From Squalus acanthias (Eukaryota): DNA of 64,000 nucleotides. A model generated the notes under the pieces. It did not search any database. It was given only the letters and a program-made list of their open reading frames with translations, and had not been told where the DNA came from. The DNA lies in assembly GCA_030390025.1 (NCBI GenBank), contig JASTWF010000358.1, positions 186,001 through 250,000 of the forward strand. Reading direction: 5' to 3'. The position numbers were made by a program, and so were the translations under genes. The number at the start of each line of letters is the position of its first letter. Position 1 is the stretch's first letter. Positions 1 to 12,700 of the stretch are shown here, piece by piece.

Positions 1-4
1 GGGA

Positions 5-2309
5 GTGGAGTGGTCTTGGGACGAGGGCTGCCAAGCAGCCTTCGAGAAGTTAAAAAGGGATCTGCAGACCGCGCCAGCCTTAGGGGCCATAGATGGGGGG
101 AAGGAGTTTTTCCTGGAGGTAGCTGCCAGCGGAGACAGCTTGAGCGCTGTGCTGCTCCAAGAGCGTCACGGCAACCTGAGGCCGGTTGTCTATTCAACCA
201 GGGTGTTAACGGATGTGGAGAGAAGTTTCTCCAATTGCGAAAGGCACCTTTTAGCCACGCATTGGGCTGTGAAAAGATCAGCGATCTTCACAGGGCTCTC
301 TCCCATCACTCTCCTCACCCATCACACACCAACTAAGATGCTTCTAGATGGGAGGATTAAAGATGGGACCGTAAGCAGCGTGCGTATTGCGCGCTGGACC
401 CTTCTTCTTTCCCAGATGGATCTTAGAGTTAAAGGTCTTTGCGAGCCCAGGCTTGCGGCCAATTTGGTATACCCCGGTACAGCCCACCGATGTTCGGTGG
501 AAGGGGTGTGGGACGTCAACATAGGTTTGCGGGCCGGGATACATCCCACTGGGCGCGAGATTTATGTTGATGGGTCTAGCACAGTATCTGCTGGCGAACA
601 TCTCACAGGGTGTGGAGTTTATGACCCTGCGGCAAACCTTGCCCTGGCGATCAAGCTCCCTAGCACCATGAGCGCGCAGCAGGCTGAGCTGTCTGCCGTG
701 GTGTACGTTGTTACCCACCCAGACATTTTCCCAACCCCATACACGATTTGCTCGGACAGTATGTTCACCTGCAATTCGTGTACGGAATACCTGGCCATTT
801 GGTCCCGCTGTGGATACACCTCCGCGGACGGGCGACCTTTAACGGTGAAGCCCTTGCTGGAAAAGATCCTAGCAGCAGTAGGGGAGGAAGGAGAGATTTT
901 CATCCATAAGGTGAAAGCTCACTCCTCCACAGAGCCCCGTGGGGAGGGCAACCAGCAGGCGGATGCGCTAGCCAGGGAAGGTGCCCGCAACGGCATTTTC
1001 TGGGACCCCTATAGGACCAGACCCATGGCAGCGATCCAAGGCAGGGACGGGAATCCCGGGAACTCCAGGGTAGCATTGCCCCTAGACCTTAAGACCGTCC
1101 AGAACCAGGATCCCGCCCTAAAAGCAGTCCTAAAAACCATTGCTGAGGGGAAGCAGGTAGAGGGTCCGTACAGTACGGCAACCCTCTCAGTTAAGGAAGG
1201 CATGCTGTTCCGCGAGGAGCAGTGGGTTGTGCCGCAGCAGCACAGGAGGGAATTCCTCCAGTTGGCTCACGAGGGACCAGGGGTAGGGCACCCCGGGCCC
1301 GAGGTTACCTGGCAACGGGTAGAGCAAGCGGGATGGTGGCCAGGGCTCAGGGAACAGGTCCGCGAGTTCTGTGCAAACTGTCTCGTGTGTGCTGCAAACA
1401 ACCCAGACCCCCAGAAAAGGAAAGTGCCCATGGGGCACGTAAGAAGGGTAGAGGGACCATGGCAGTCGATACAGATCGACTATATAGGGCCCCTGCCCAC
1501 CACCCAGGGAGGCTATAAATACTGCCTCGTCTTGGTGGATGTGTTTTCCAAGTGGGTGGAAGCCTTCCCCTGTCGAACAGCTACGGCACTGGGTACTGCA
1601 AAAATCTTGGTCAGGGAAGTGTTCTCGCGGTGGGGACTTCCCCGTTTTGTGGAGTCAGACCAAGGGAGTCATTTCACCGGCCAGGTGATGCAGAACACCC
1701 TCATGCTTTTGGGCATTGAAGGGAAGTGGCACGTAGCACACAATCCCCAGTCATCCGGGATTGTTGAACGCATGAACCGGACCCTGAAGGAGAAATTGAG
1801 GAAAGAGACTAGGAACTCGCCCCAAAAATGGGCGGAGGTTCTGCCTTTAGTCCTCATGGGGGTCCGGGCCAGTCAGTCGAAAAGTACGGGGTATTCCCCG
1901 CACGAGGTGATGACTGGGAGGCTCATGCGAACCCCCACCCATGTGCTAGCGCCAGTGCTCACTGAGGGTCAGCTCCAAGAGATAAGCAGGGACAAGTTCG
2001 CCCAGACCCTCTTGGAGCGCCTGAAGCAGGTGTATGAGCAGGTGGCTGGGAACATGGGAAGGCAGCATCAGGGCAATCGCCTGTTGCTGGAACCCCGCAA
2101 AACGCGGGAGTGGGAAGTAGGAGACCAGGTCATGGTCAGAAACTACGCCAGAGTAGGGAGTCTGGAACCACTGTATATGGGACCCTACAATATTGTAGAT
2201 AAGGCGAGTCCCATGGTATACGCCGTAAAGGTACCTCGGCGCACTAAGTGGTTCCATGTAAACCAGTGCAAACTGTACAAGCCAGGTGCGCAAGGGAAAA
2301 CCACAGGGG
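5..2309 (+). pseudogene. pol: pol fragment of A1 (tether, RNase H, integrase), disrupted by ERV-B insertion
   Basis: RNase H YVDGSS/QAEL/SDS/KAH/NQQAD. Integrase HHCC, IDYIGP, SDQGSHF, GIVERMN and GPY motifs. The last 11 aa of the listed ORF come from the ERV-B LTR. Confidence 0.93.
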
Positions 2310-2868
2310 TGTGGAAGTGCAGTTTACTTTTAAGACACAAATAAAATGGCCTCTCTAAAGTAAGTAATTTCAAAAGGAAATTCAAAATGGCTGACAGTAG
2401 GAGTCACCATAAGTAATCATTCTAATTAGCTACAAGGATAGAGACAACTCGGAATTCCTTATCTAAGAAAAGCTTAGCAAAATAAAGCATCAATTAGTTC
2501 TGACCAGCTCAGGATGAGATGGGGTGAGCCATCGGCCCACGGATTGGAGAGTGAACATTGAACAAAGGGGTCTCATAAGGAAGATCGGGTTATCTGATCT
2601 TTAAGGAATTTCTGCTCGTTATTATAACGAAAACCTATGCAATAACTCACAAGTTTGTGCTTCATTACTCAGGATGTTTAATGTTATGTCAAATGGCCTG
2701 TTCTGTGTTCTTTTTTTGTATAAAGTATGTTCAAATCTTGTAGGATTCGAAGCATTCTGACATAGCAACTTGACTGTGTCAGAACCTTCCCTTGTAACAA
2801 GTAAACTTTATTAAAAAGCCTTCTTTGACACGATTTTATGTGTTCTACTCGGTATGTAAACTTCGACA
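2310..2868 (+). repeat. ERV-B 5' LTR (559 bp)
   Basis: TGTGGAAG...TTCGACA; direct repeat of 7874-8433. TATAAA near 2718 and ATTAAA near 2810. Confidence 0.95.
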
Positions 2869-2874
2869 GTTTCT

Positions 2875-2892
2875 TGGAGGTTCCACCGAGAT
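2875..2892 (+). promoter_or_regulatory. Primer-binding site, tRNA-Gln
   Basis: TGGAGGTTCCACCGAGAT is the complement of the vertebrate tRNA-Gln 3' end (ATCTCGGTGGAACCT-CCA), recalled from memory. Confidence 0.88.
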
Positions 2893-2907
2893 CGCTTGCT
2901 GCCTCTC

Positions 2908-2914
2908 GGTAAGT
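2908..2914 (+). promoter_or_regulatory. Candidate major splice donor of ERV-B
   Basis: G|GTAAGT consensus just downstream of the PBS. Confidence 0.5.
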
Positions 2915-5900
2915 CACGGACAAAGGACACTATGAATTTCTAGTGGCAAATCCTAACTGGCCAAAAGTGATGTTTTATCACCTAAAAGGATTTCTCACTA
3001 GATGCTGAATTAGTGTAAGTCTGTTTCTTCCGACAAGCAGCACGGCGATGATGATGTTTTAGAATTGAGTTGAATCTTGTAACTTTTGCTTCTTTTATTT
3101 TAACGTTAAAAGGAGAAGAATTCTGACGGCTCAAGTCTCAAAACTAATCGGGCAAAGAAGGCAAGAAAGAGAGTCGGCAGGGTTGCGTCCCGGACTAAAG
3201 GTACCAGGTTGTGAAAAAGCGCTAAAAGGTTAAAACTGCAGTATCAAGGGAGGGTCCCTTGAGCCGGGGAAAAGAGTCTCGCGGCAGAAAGGTTTAGAGA
3301 GAAACCTTCACTTAGAATATAAGTTACGTATAAAGCATAAGTTAAATGTTAAGGACTCAGTTTGTAGGGGCGTTCAACGCAGGCTGAGAATTGATTATTT
3401 GTTTAGTTTAAAGTATAAGATTAATGTCTGATTACTTGATTTGTTTGCCTGTTTGGGCTTTCGCGTTACTTATCATTGTCTTTATTGTTGTTAATTCTTG
3501 TTATTGTTTGTCACTTGTGGAGCTCCGAAGGGTTAATAATAATCGTAAGGGGGTAAAGGGTGAAACTTGCGATTTAGAAGAAGAATGCCTAGTATAATTA
3601 AAACTTTACTAAGAATAGAAGAATTACATGTCTGGAGGACTGTCTCGCAAATAGAGACCCACAAAGAAGAGGTAAAAAGTCAATAAATTGGTCAGCCTTT
3701 TCAGACTGGAAAAAGGAAGCAGAAAGGCGTAAGGACCGTAGTATACAAGCCAGTAGATCTGACATTAAAAATAAGAGAAAAGACCCTGAGTAAATTGGCT
3801 AAACAAAATGAAGTTAGACAAATAGGGACCAAAAGAATAAAGTTTCCCTCTTAATGGAGCAAGCAGCTTCCGCAACACCGACGGACCAGAATTGAAATCT
3901 GAAACTCAAAGCAAAAAAAAAGGAAGGGATTTGGAAAGCCAGGAAAAGCTGCTGAGAAAAGTTTTACCGGCATGGAAGTTATTAATGTCTGTGCCGAGAT
4001 AAAAAGCTAATATACAAGATTTGTTGAGTGAAAGGAATCTTAAAAGGAATACTGGGATCTCAGTTGTGTGAAAAGTGTGTAAAAGATTCCTGATTGTGTG
4101 AATGTTTAAGTTTGTTAAGTTACAGTATTATTTTGTCCCTGGAAAAAAAAAAAAATCTGCCTAAAAAAAAAAGTGTCTGTCAGTTTGTTTATGTTTTAGC
4201 TCCACCCACTCTTTTGTACAGAGAGCTAAAAGCTGTTTTTGACTCTTTGAAGACCTGTCTTGAATGACAGACAAGTGTGTTGTTTTAAGTTTGTTAATTG
4301 TTTTACAAAAGAGGTATAAGCTTCAGCCTTGAAGTCACAGTTGCCAATGTGCCTGGAAAGAAAATGACAATTAATTTGAATGTTTACAAGGCATGGTAAT
4401 TGTTTCTTTGTTAATGTGACGATGGGTTCTTTATTTTGCAACTGACACTGGTTAGTTTAAAAAAAAATTGATCTGGATTGAATTGGAATTATTGAGGTTA
4501 ATTAACCTATTAAAAACCAGACTTTCATTGTGCACGGTGAAATTCTGGTTGGTGTAAATTTGTGTAGACCGCATTGAATAAGATATTTAATGGTCTGAAA
4601 CCAGATTTTGAAATATTTACAGTCTTGGATACAGAACGGGTTCTGGTCCATACCATTGGCAGAGGAATCACAAGGAAATTCGCCTTTACTGTCAGGGATA
4701 GACAGGAATTTTATATCAGACTTTGCAGGGAAAGCATTGTGCCAGAAAAAATAAATAAATAAATAAATAAATAATAATTTGAATTACAATTTAAGTTAAG
4801 CTGGTGTGTAAAAAAACTGAGAAGAACAACAAAAAAAAGTTTGTTTAACAAAAGATTAAGTTTCGGTCTAAAATTTAACCTTGGCGTTGCGGTTGCTATG
4901 GTGAAATCTTCCAAAGCAATCTGATTTGATTTGTTTAAATTCAATGTTTTTACAGTATTTTGGAAAGACATCTGAAGAAAGGACAATAAGAAATATGATG
5001 TAATTTACTAGTTCTGCAAGCATGTGCTATTTTGTTTTGTTTTATCTGTTCTGTTCGTGTTCAGTTAAAGTGTGAAAACACAACTGCTTTTTTGGATCGG
5101 GAAAGTTTTTTTTTAATTTACGTGAAGTGACGCAATTGCGTGCGCCTGATAATGTTTTGCTCCACCTTCTTAAAAACCTGCAAAGGAGTTAACCCTTTCC
5201 ACTGACAGCTGATTAAGTTCATCAAGCAATAACTTCGGTATGACATTTAAAGATATTGGACATTATTAATTTTAAGTTAATATTTCCCCACAGTGACAGA
5301 AGGAAAATTATGATTTGATAAATTAACCCCTTGGGCTCTAAGCAGAGTCACAATGGATTCTCTTCTTTCTTTTGTTATATGGAAGTTACCTTGTAAACTA
5401 ATTGCAGCACTTCTGTCTCTAATGTTAAAACACTGTATAAACCACCTAGCCTGGAAATCATTTGTTTCTGAAATTGGAAATGGAAGATAAATTGATAGAA
5501 ATGAAATTGAACATAGGTTTTGTCAATCAGTTCAACAGTACTGCTGTTTGGATTTTGGGATAATTTTGTAATAACAAAATAGACTCATGCACTAGATATA
5601 TTTTGGGTTACTTTTGGGAAAATAAAAGATCCTCTAAAATAATGATAAATAAAAAGTGTTAGTAACTTGGACCTAGTGAGAATGTTTGATCTATGTTTTC
5701 AATCTTAAATATTGTACTGGACAGTAAAGTTACTCCAGGGCTCATGAATGAGATATGAATGGTAATTAATGGGATGTATAAAATTGAAACAGGAGAAATT
5801 ACACTGCTGAATGGGAATTTTAAAAACTTGCTAGTGAAAGTCAGGAAAGTGCAGTTAAGAATAGTAAATTGATAGCTTTCTCTTGGAGACATTTGTGTCC

Positions 5901-6575
5901 CTGCCTATAATGAACTTTTAAGAAAACTGAATTTGATAGCCTGGCCACTATCCAAGATATCGGGACCATGCAGAGGAAGATGAACAAAGACAGTCTTTTG
6001 ATAAGATACCTGAAAGCCCGAGAAAGGCACATGTGGCATGATATTGAGATACCGGTATGAGTGTGCAAATGTGATTTGTTACGTATGAAGCGATTACCAT
6101 CTGGGAATGTATGGTGAATCTGCACTGAAGAACGGGTCTCAGACATGCTCAGTTACTGGACAACAGCAAGACATGAAATGGTTAATGTGGCTCAGGAGAG
6201 CGAGACAACTTTTAAAGCATTGACACATACTCCATCGAGAAACTATCTAATTAATGAAACAATCAGAATAGAGTTAAACACACTGGTACCTGTTAGAAGG
6301 ATTGAAATTGAAGTTGAAGTGGAGAGTTACCTGGAATCTGAATTGGGACAATTGAGGGCTAAGGAGAAATCATGTTTAGTAAGAATTATCCACAAGATGG
6401 ATATGAGTAAAAGAGAGATCTGGAGAATCTTTTAAGTCCATGATTTGTTGATTAGATGTTAAACTGTAATGTTGCTTGAAATCAGGAAGATAGAAGAAAC
6501 AGAGGATACCCCAGGCGGGGCAGAATTGGAACACCGGAAAGGACAGTTGAATTTGAATTTGAAAAGACTTAAATA

Positions 6576-7343
6576 ATGAAGCTGTTATTTACGTTTTACC
6601 TACTAATCGGACTGATATGTATAGCCTGCCAAGGGAGAAGAAAAGAACCCCGAAAGAAACGAGAATTACATATGAACACCTTTTTGTATATGTCATATAA
6701 GTATGCCAAAAAAAGTGGGATAAACGCCTGTTGGGTATGTAGCCATATTCCTACCCATGTGAAAGGAGGAATACCTCTGCAACCGATACCCTTGAACCTC
6801 ACAGATATGGCAGAATGGATAATTAATAAAAATCATACGAAACAGAAAAATACCACCCTATCCACCTTCGGAAATAAATGGGAACAAAAGTGGTCTAGCC
6901 TAAGAAACGAGTTTAAGGGGGGAGGATATTCGTTAGAAAATTTTAAGGGATGGTACAAGCCGACGTATGATTATACGAAAGTACCTCCTTTTCTAGCCCT
7001 TACCAATACATCGGGAAAGGGCCGACCGATCGGGGATATATGCTGGGAACGCAATCTAGGACAGACTAAAGGGAACAGAGTTAATATGGGGAAAAGTCGT
7101 TGCATACAAAAGTTTATTACGTACGGGGCAGGGAGTTCCATGGAAAGCTGGTGGTTCAATACTACCAGTTTGATGAATTTGACTAATAACAGACCATGGA
7201 ATGGGACTAAACGATTGAATACTGACAATATACATATATACACATTGTGCATGCTCCCCACTTTCGGTAAAAAAAATATTCTTCCACCCAAATGGGATCT
7301 GCAGGCTAGGGAAAGAGAGAGGACTCCTTTCAACTGCCGGTGA
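6576..7343 (+). CDS. env: Truncated retroviral Env surface (SU) protein of ERV-B, 255 aa
   Basis: Signal peptide MKLLFTFYLLIGLICIACQG, basic RKKR site, NTFL...CWVC...GIPLQPIPLN motif typical of gamma/epsilon-type SU, several NxS/T sites, no TM subunit. Confidence 0.72.
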   Translation: MKLLFTFYLLIGLICIACQGRRKEPRKKRELHMNTFLYMSYKYAKKSGINACWVCSHIPTHVKGGIPLQPIPLNLTDMAEWIINKNHTKQKNTTLSTFGNKWEQKWSSLRNEFKGGGYSLENFKGWYKPTYDYTKVPPFLALTNTSGKGRPIGDICWERNLGQTKGNRVNMGKSRCIQKFITYGAGSSMESWWFNTTSLMNLTNNRPWNGTKRLNTDNIHIYTLCMLPTFGKKNILPPKWDLQARERERTPFNCR

Positions 7344-7405
7344 CGTCGACCTTGTATACCACTTGGTCCGCACTCTGGAGGCTCACGTAGAAGCACTTGT
7401 GCTTT

Positions 7406-7543
7406 GGAGAACCCCACAGGTCAGGTATAAACTGTGTGGGTCATGAATCAGTCCTCCTCTATAAGCTGCAGTCCCCGAGGAGAACCCCACAGGTTAGGCA
7501 TAAACTGTGTGGGCCATGACTTAGAACTCCTCTATGAACTGCT
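7406..7543 (+). repeat. Diverged 73-bp tandem duplication in ERV-B
   Basis: GGAGAACCCCACAGGT.AGG.ATAAACTGTGTGGG.CATGA starts at both 7406 and 7479. Confidence 0.8.
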
Positions 7544-7852
7544 GTACCCAATCTCCTTAGAGGGTGTATAGCAACACCCGAACTGCAGGCTAGTATAAGC
7601 TGCAGGAAAAGTTAGAGAATAGCAGACAAATGAACCACAAAAGTACGCCACAGTCACCAAAACACAACTAAAACCCCTACAAGAACATACACCCAAACAC
7701 CAAGAATAGACAGAGAAGAAAGACGATCTTAGATAAGGTCAACCATCAATACAGGTATATCCCGGGGATGGTTACAAACAGAAAAGAAGTCGGTATCCTT
7801 GATTAGATTTTAAGTTAGTATAAGGACCGTTAGGAGAAAGCTATATTGTCCT

Positions 7853-7873
7853 AGAAAGGACAAAAGGGGAAAA
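7853..7873 (+). promoter_or_regulatory. Polypurine tract of ERV-B
   Basis: AGAAAGGACAAAAGGGGAAAA immediately before the 3' LTR. Confidence 0.85.
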
Positions 7874-8433
7874 TGTGGAAGTGCAGTTTACTTTTAAGAC
7901 ACAAATAAAATGGCCTCTCTAAAGTAAGTAATTTAAAAAGGAAATTCAAAATGGCTGACAGTAGGAGTCACCATAAGTAAATCATTCTAATTAGCTACAA
8001 GGATAGAGACAACTCGGAATTCCTTATCTAAGAAAAGCTTAGCAAAATAAAGCATCAATTAGTTCTGACCAGCTCAGGATGAGATGGGGTGAGCCATCGG
8101 CCCACGGATTGGAGAGTGAACATTGAACAAAGGGGTCTCATAAGGAAGATCGGGTTATCTGATCTTTAAGGAATTTCTGCTCGTTATTATAACGAAAACC
8201 TATGCAATAACTCACAAGTTTGTGCTTCATTACTCAGGATGTTTAATGTTATGTCAAATGGCCTGTTCTGTGTTCTTTTTTTGTATAAAGTATGTTCAAA
8301 TCTTGTAGGATTCGAAGCATTCTGACATAGCAACTTGACTGTGTCAGAACCTTCCCTTGTAACAAGTAAACTTTATTAAAAAGCCTTCTTTGACACGATT
8401 TTATGTGTTCTACTCGGTATGTAAACTTCGACA
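7874..8433 (+). repeat. ERV-B 3' LTR (560 bp)
   Basis: Differs from the 5' LTR by about 1 substitution and 1 indel, by eye. Confidence 0.95.
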
Positions 8434-9225
8434 GTGGTAAACCCCGCGAGTGGGGAAGCGCAGCCCCAGGTAGGACCACAAGGCACACAGGCAGGCAAAG
8501 CAGCTTGCATCAGGGGAGGGGACATCCTGGAAGATCATGAAGCATTTTTGTGGGGTTGGGAGTCAGATGAGGGAGAATTCCGGGAACTCGAGTCAGATGA
8601 GGATAGTGATGAAGACGAGGGGGATTTGGGGAACGAAAGGGTCGCCCCCATTTTAGGTATAGGGAGGACACGGGCTGCAGATGGAGATCCGCACAGGGTG
8701 GACACAGAGGCTGCAGGTCCCGAACACAGGAGGGAGGAGCTAGGGGAGGCGGAGCCAGCCGCTGTGAGACCACAGGGAGTGACGGTGAGAACCTCCGAGC
8801 CCGAGCCGCCCGCTTTGAACGTCCCGCCCTCGGGGGAGGCAGGGATCGCGAGTGAAGGGCCGCCTGCTGGGCCGAGCAGGGCGGAGCCACAAGCTGCAAG
8901 TCCCGAGGTTAGGGAGGCGGAGTCAGCGGAGGCGGAGCCAGCGACTGTGGTGGAACCACAGGTCGTCCCGGTGGAAGTCTCGGAACCCGGTCCGTCGGTC
9001 CTGGGGTTCATGCCCCCGACAACTCCTCGTAGGTCAGGTCGGGCACCCCAGCCCAGGAAGATGTGGTCATGTCCCCAGACTGCCCCAAGGCGCAGACTTA
9101 AGGTTAAGGCAGCCCAGATAGGATCCGGTCCCATCGCAACAGCAACAGGCTGCGGCAGATCAAAGGAAAGGGTCAGTGCCCTCCCACCGTCGGGAAGAGC
9201 TCGCAGCAGCCTTCTCAGAATTTAA
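8434..9225 (+). pseudogene. pol: Acidic/Pro-rich C-terminal tail of A1 pol, separated by ERV-B
   Basis: Near-identical to the in-frame pol C-terminus at 33076-33867. Confidence 0.88.
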
Positions 9226-9362
9226 AGGGGCCGCCCTGAGTACGGGTGGCGCTGTACAGTAATAAGTTTAGGATAGGTTTCTAAGTTTATAGTTTAAGGT
9301 TATAAGTTTATAGTTTTAAATAAGGTTAAGTTTGTAGTTTAATTTTAACAGAAAATGATAAA

Positions 9363-9540
9363 ATGATGGGAGCTTTAGAGATAGGTCTAGTTAAAGTTTA
9401 TTCAGCGAACGTTGAAGTTTACGTGAGGCGAGGTCAGGGGACCCGCTCACCCTTCACAAAAGCCAGAGACTCTTGCGATGCTGGCTACCTCATTCTATCT
9501 GATCACAGGAACCAAGGAAGGATGGAACGAATTCTAGTAT
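9363..9540 (+). pseudogene. env: env 5' stub of A1, deleted after MERILV
   Basis: Matches the N-terminus of ORF 20037-22571, then jumps into LTR sequence at an AT microhomology. Confidence 0.85.
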
Positions 9541-9720
9541 CTAAGTCCAGTGTCTAGAACCGTAAGGGCGAGTGATTCGAACCACTCACAGGTGTGTCTA
9601 GTGTTCCCAGACTGGCTGGAGACCAGAACAGGCAACAAGGCCTAAACCCGCACTGACATACAGGCTGCACAGAGCCACGCGAATCTCACAGGCGGAGAGA
9701 CACGCACGCAAACCCTTACA
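9539..9720 (+). repeat. Family A 3' LTR remnant (last 182 bp)
   Basis: Matches 14691-14872. Confidence 0.93.
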
Positions 9721-12700
9721 AGACCCAGAGAGAGAGAGAGAGAGAGTCCCAGAAAGAGGCAGAGTCCCAGAGATACAGAGTCCCAGAGAGAGGCAGAGGC
9801 CAAGAGAGTCAGAGACCCAGAGAGAAAGAGAGAGTCCCAGAAAGAAGCAGTGTCCCAGAGAGACAGATTCCCAGAGAGAAGCAGAGTCCCAGAGAGAGGC
9901 AGAGTCCCAGAGAGAAAGTGTCCAAGAGAAAAGCAGAATCCCAAAGAGAGGCAGAGTCCCAGAGAGACAGTGTCCCAGAGAGTAGCAGAGTCCCAGAGAG
10001 ACAGAGTCCCAGAGAGAGGCAGTGTCCCAGAGATCCAGAGTCCCTGAGATAGAGAGATAGTCCCAGATAGACAGAGTGCCAGAGGGAGAGAGAGTCCCAG
10101 AGAGACAGAGTCCCGTAGAGAGGCAGAGTCCCAGGGAGACATTGTCCCAGAGAGACAGATTCCCAGAGAGAAGCAGAGTCCCAGAGAGAGGCAGAGTCCC
10201 AGAGAGAAAGTGTCCAAGAGAAAAGCAGAATCCCAAAGAGAGGCAGAGTCCCAGAGAGACAGTGTCCCAGAGAGTAGCAGAGTCCCAGAGAGACAGAGTC
10301 CCAGAGAGAGGCAGTGTCCCAGAGATCCAGAGTCCCTGAGATAGAGAGATAGTCCCAGAGAGACAGAATCCCAGAGAGAGGCAGTGTCCCAGAGAGAGGC
10401 AGAGTCCCAGAAAAAGGCAGAGTCCCAGAGAGAATGGGACCCAGATAGTTCCAGAGTCCCATAGATACAGAGTCCCAGAGACAGGCAGAGTCCGAGAGAG
10501 ACAAATACGCAGAGAGAGACAGCGTCCCAGAGAGACAGAGTGCCAGAGAGAGGAATAGTCCAATAGAGGCAGAGTCCCAAAAAGAGGCTGTGTCCCAGAG
10601 AGAGGCAGAGTCCCATGAGACGCATGGTCCCAGAGGGGCAGAGTCCCAGAAAGTGGCAGAGTTCCAGAAAGACAGAATCCCAGAGAGAGGCAGAGTCTCA
10701 CAGAGTCAGATTCCCAGAGAGACAGAGTCCCAGAGAGAGACAGAGTCTCAGAGAGACAGATCCCAGAGATAGAGAGTCCCAGATAGACAGAGTGCCAGAC
10801 AGAGAGAGAGTCCCAGAGAGACAGAGTCTCATAGAGAGGCATAGTCCCAGAGAGAGGCTGAGACCGAGAGAGAGGCAGAGTCCCAGAGGGGCAGAGTCCC
10901 TGAGAGAGGCAGGGTCCCAGTGAGACAGAGTCACAGAGAGAGGCAGAGTCCCAGAGAGACAGTGTCCCACGGAGAGGCAGAGGTCGAGAGTCCCAGGGAG
11001 ACAGATTCCCAGAGAGTGGCAGCGTCCCAGAAAGACAGAATCCCAGAGAGAGGCAGAGTCCCAGTGAGACAGAGTCCCAGAGAGAGAGATTCCCAGAAAG
11101 AGGCAGAGTCCCACAGATACAGAGTCCCAGAGAGAGGCAGAGTCCCCGAGAGACAGAGTCCCAGAAGGAGGCAAAGTCCCAGAGAGACAGTGTCCCAGGG
11201 AGAGGCCGAGGCCAAGAGAGACAGATTCCCAGATAGAGGCAGCGTCCCAGAGAGACAGAGTCACAGAGAGAGGCAGAGTCCCAGAGAGCAGCAGAGTCCC
11301 AGAGAGAAAGAGTCCCAGATAGAGGCAGAGTCCCAGAGAGACAGAGTCTCAGAGAGGAGCAGTCTCCCAGAGACAGTGTTCCATAAAGAGGCAGAGTCCC
11401 AGAGAGATAAAGTCCCAGAGAGAGGCAGAGTCCCAGAGATACAGAGTCCCAGAGAGAGAGATAGTCCCAGAGAGACAGAGTCCCATAGAGAGGCAGAGTC
11501 CCAGAGATACAGAGTCCCAGAGAGAGGCAGAGTCTCAGAGAGACAGATTCCCAGAGAGACAGAGTCCCAGAGAGAGGCAGAGTCCCCGAGAGACAGAGTC
11601 CCAGAAGGAGGCAAAGTCCCAGAGAGACAGTGTCCCAGGGAGAGGCCGAGGCCAAGAGAGACAGATTCCCAGATAGAGGCAGCGTCCCAGAGAGACAGAG
11701 TCCCAGATAGAGGCAGAGTCCCAGAGAGACAGAGTCTCAGAGAGGAGCAGTCTCCCAGAGACAGTGTTCCATAAAGAGGCAGAGTCCCAGAGAGATAGAG
11801 TCCCAGAGAGAGGCAGAGTCCCAGAGATACAGAGTCCCAGAGAGAGAGATAGTCCCAGAGAGACAGGGTCCCATAGAGAGGCAGAGTCCCAGAGATACAG
11901 AGTCCCAGAGCGAGACAGATTCCCAGAGAGACAGAGTCCCAGAGAGACAGAGTCCCAGAAAGAGGCTTAGTCCCAGAGAGACAGAGTCCATGAGAGAGGC
12001 AGAGTCCCAGAGATACAGATTCCCAGAGAGAGGCAGATTCTCAGACAGACAGATTCCCAGAGTGACAGAGTCCCAGAGAGAGGCAGAGTCCCAGAGAGAC
12101 AGAGTCCCAGAAAAAGGCAGAGTCCCAGAGAGACAGTGTCCCAGAGAGAGGCAGAGTCCCAGAGAGACAGAGTCCCAGAGAAAGGCATAATCCCATAGAG
12201 ACAGAGTCCCCAAGAGATGCAGAGTCCGAGAGAGGCAGAGTCCCAGAGAGAAGCAGAGTCTCAGAGAGACAGAGTCCCACAGAGAGAGACCCCCAGATAG
12301 ACAGAGTGCCAGACAGAGAGAGAGTCCCAGAGAGACAGAGTCTCATAGAGAGGCATAGTCCCAGAGAGAGGCAGCGTCCCAGAGAGAGGCAATGTCCCAG
12401 AGAGACAGACTCACAGAGAGAGGCAGAGTCCCTCATAGACAGAGTCCCAGAGAGAAGCAGAGTCCCAGAGAGACGGAGTCCCAGGCAGAGGCAGATTCAC
12501 AGAGAGGCAGTGTCCCACGGACTGGCAGAGGTCGAGAGAGAGTGTCTCAGAGACAGGCAGTGTCCCAGAGAGACAGATTCCCAGAGAGTATCAGCATCCC
12601 AGAAAGACAGAATCCCAGAGAGAGGCAGAGTCCCAGTGAGACAGAGACCCAGACAGAGAGATTCCCAGAAAGAGGCAGAGTCCCAGAGATACAGCGTCCC

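Larger units (their letters stand above)
2310..8433 (+). mobile_element. ERV-B: non-autonomous LTR element with truncated gamma-type env and no intact gag/pol
   Basis: Two near-identical TG..CA LTRs, PBS and PPT. Imperfect 4-bp TSD GGGG (2306-2309)/GTGG (8434-8437). The uninterrupted site ACAGGGGTAAA is seen in copy A3. Confidence 0.92.
1..9720 (+). mobile_element. Family A provirus copy A1 (5' part outside window), env-deleted, interrupted by ERV-B
   Basis: pol RNase H/IN coding from base 1, pol tail 8434-9225, env stub, and a 182-bp 3' LTR remnant ending CCCTTACA at 9720 followed by AGAC. Colinear with 30771-34362. Confidence 0.93.

Noticed and set aside
4226..6435. Short ORFs inside ERV-B as accessory genes
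   Set aside because: About 100 aa or shorter, in AT-rich homopolymer-rich DNA, with no recognisable domain.
8510..9134. 199-aa and 129-aa antisense ORFs over the pol tail (also at 33177 and 53129)
   Set aside because: Shadow ORFs of a GC-rich low-complexity coding strand; not preserved at full length in A3.
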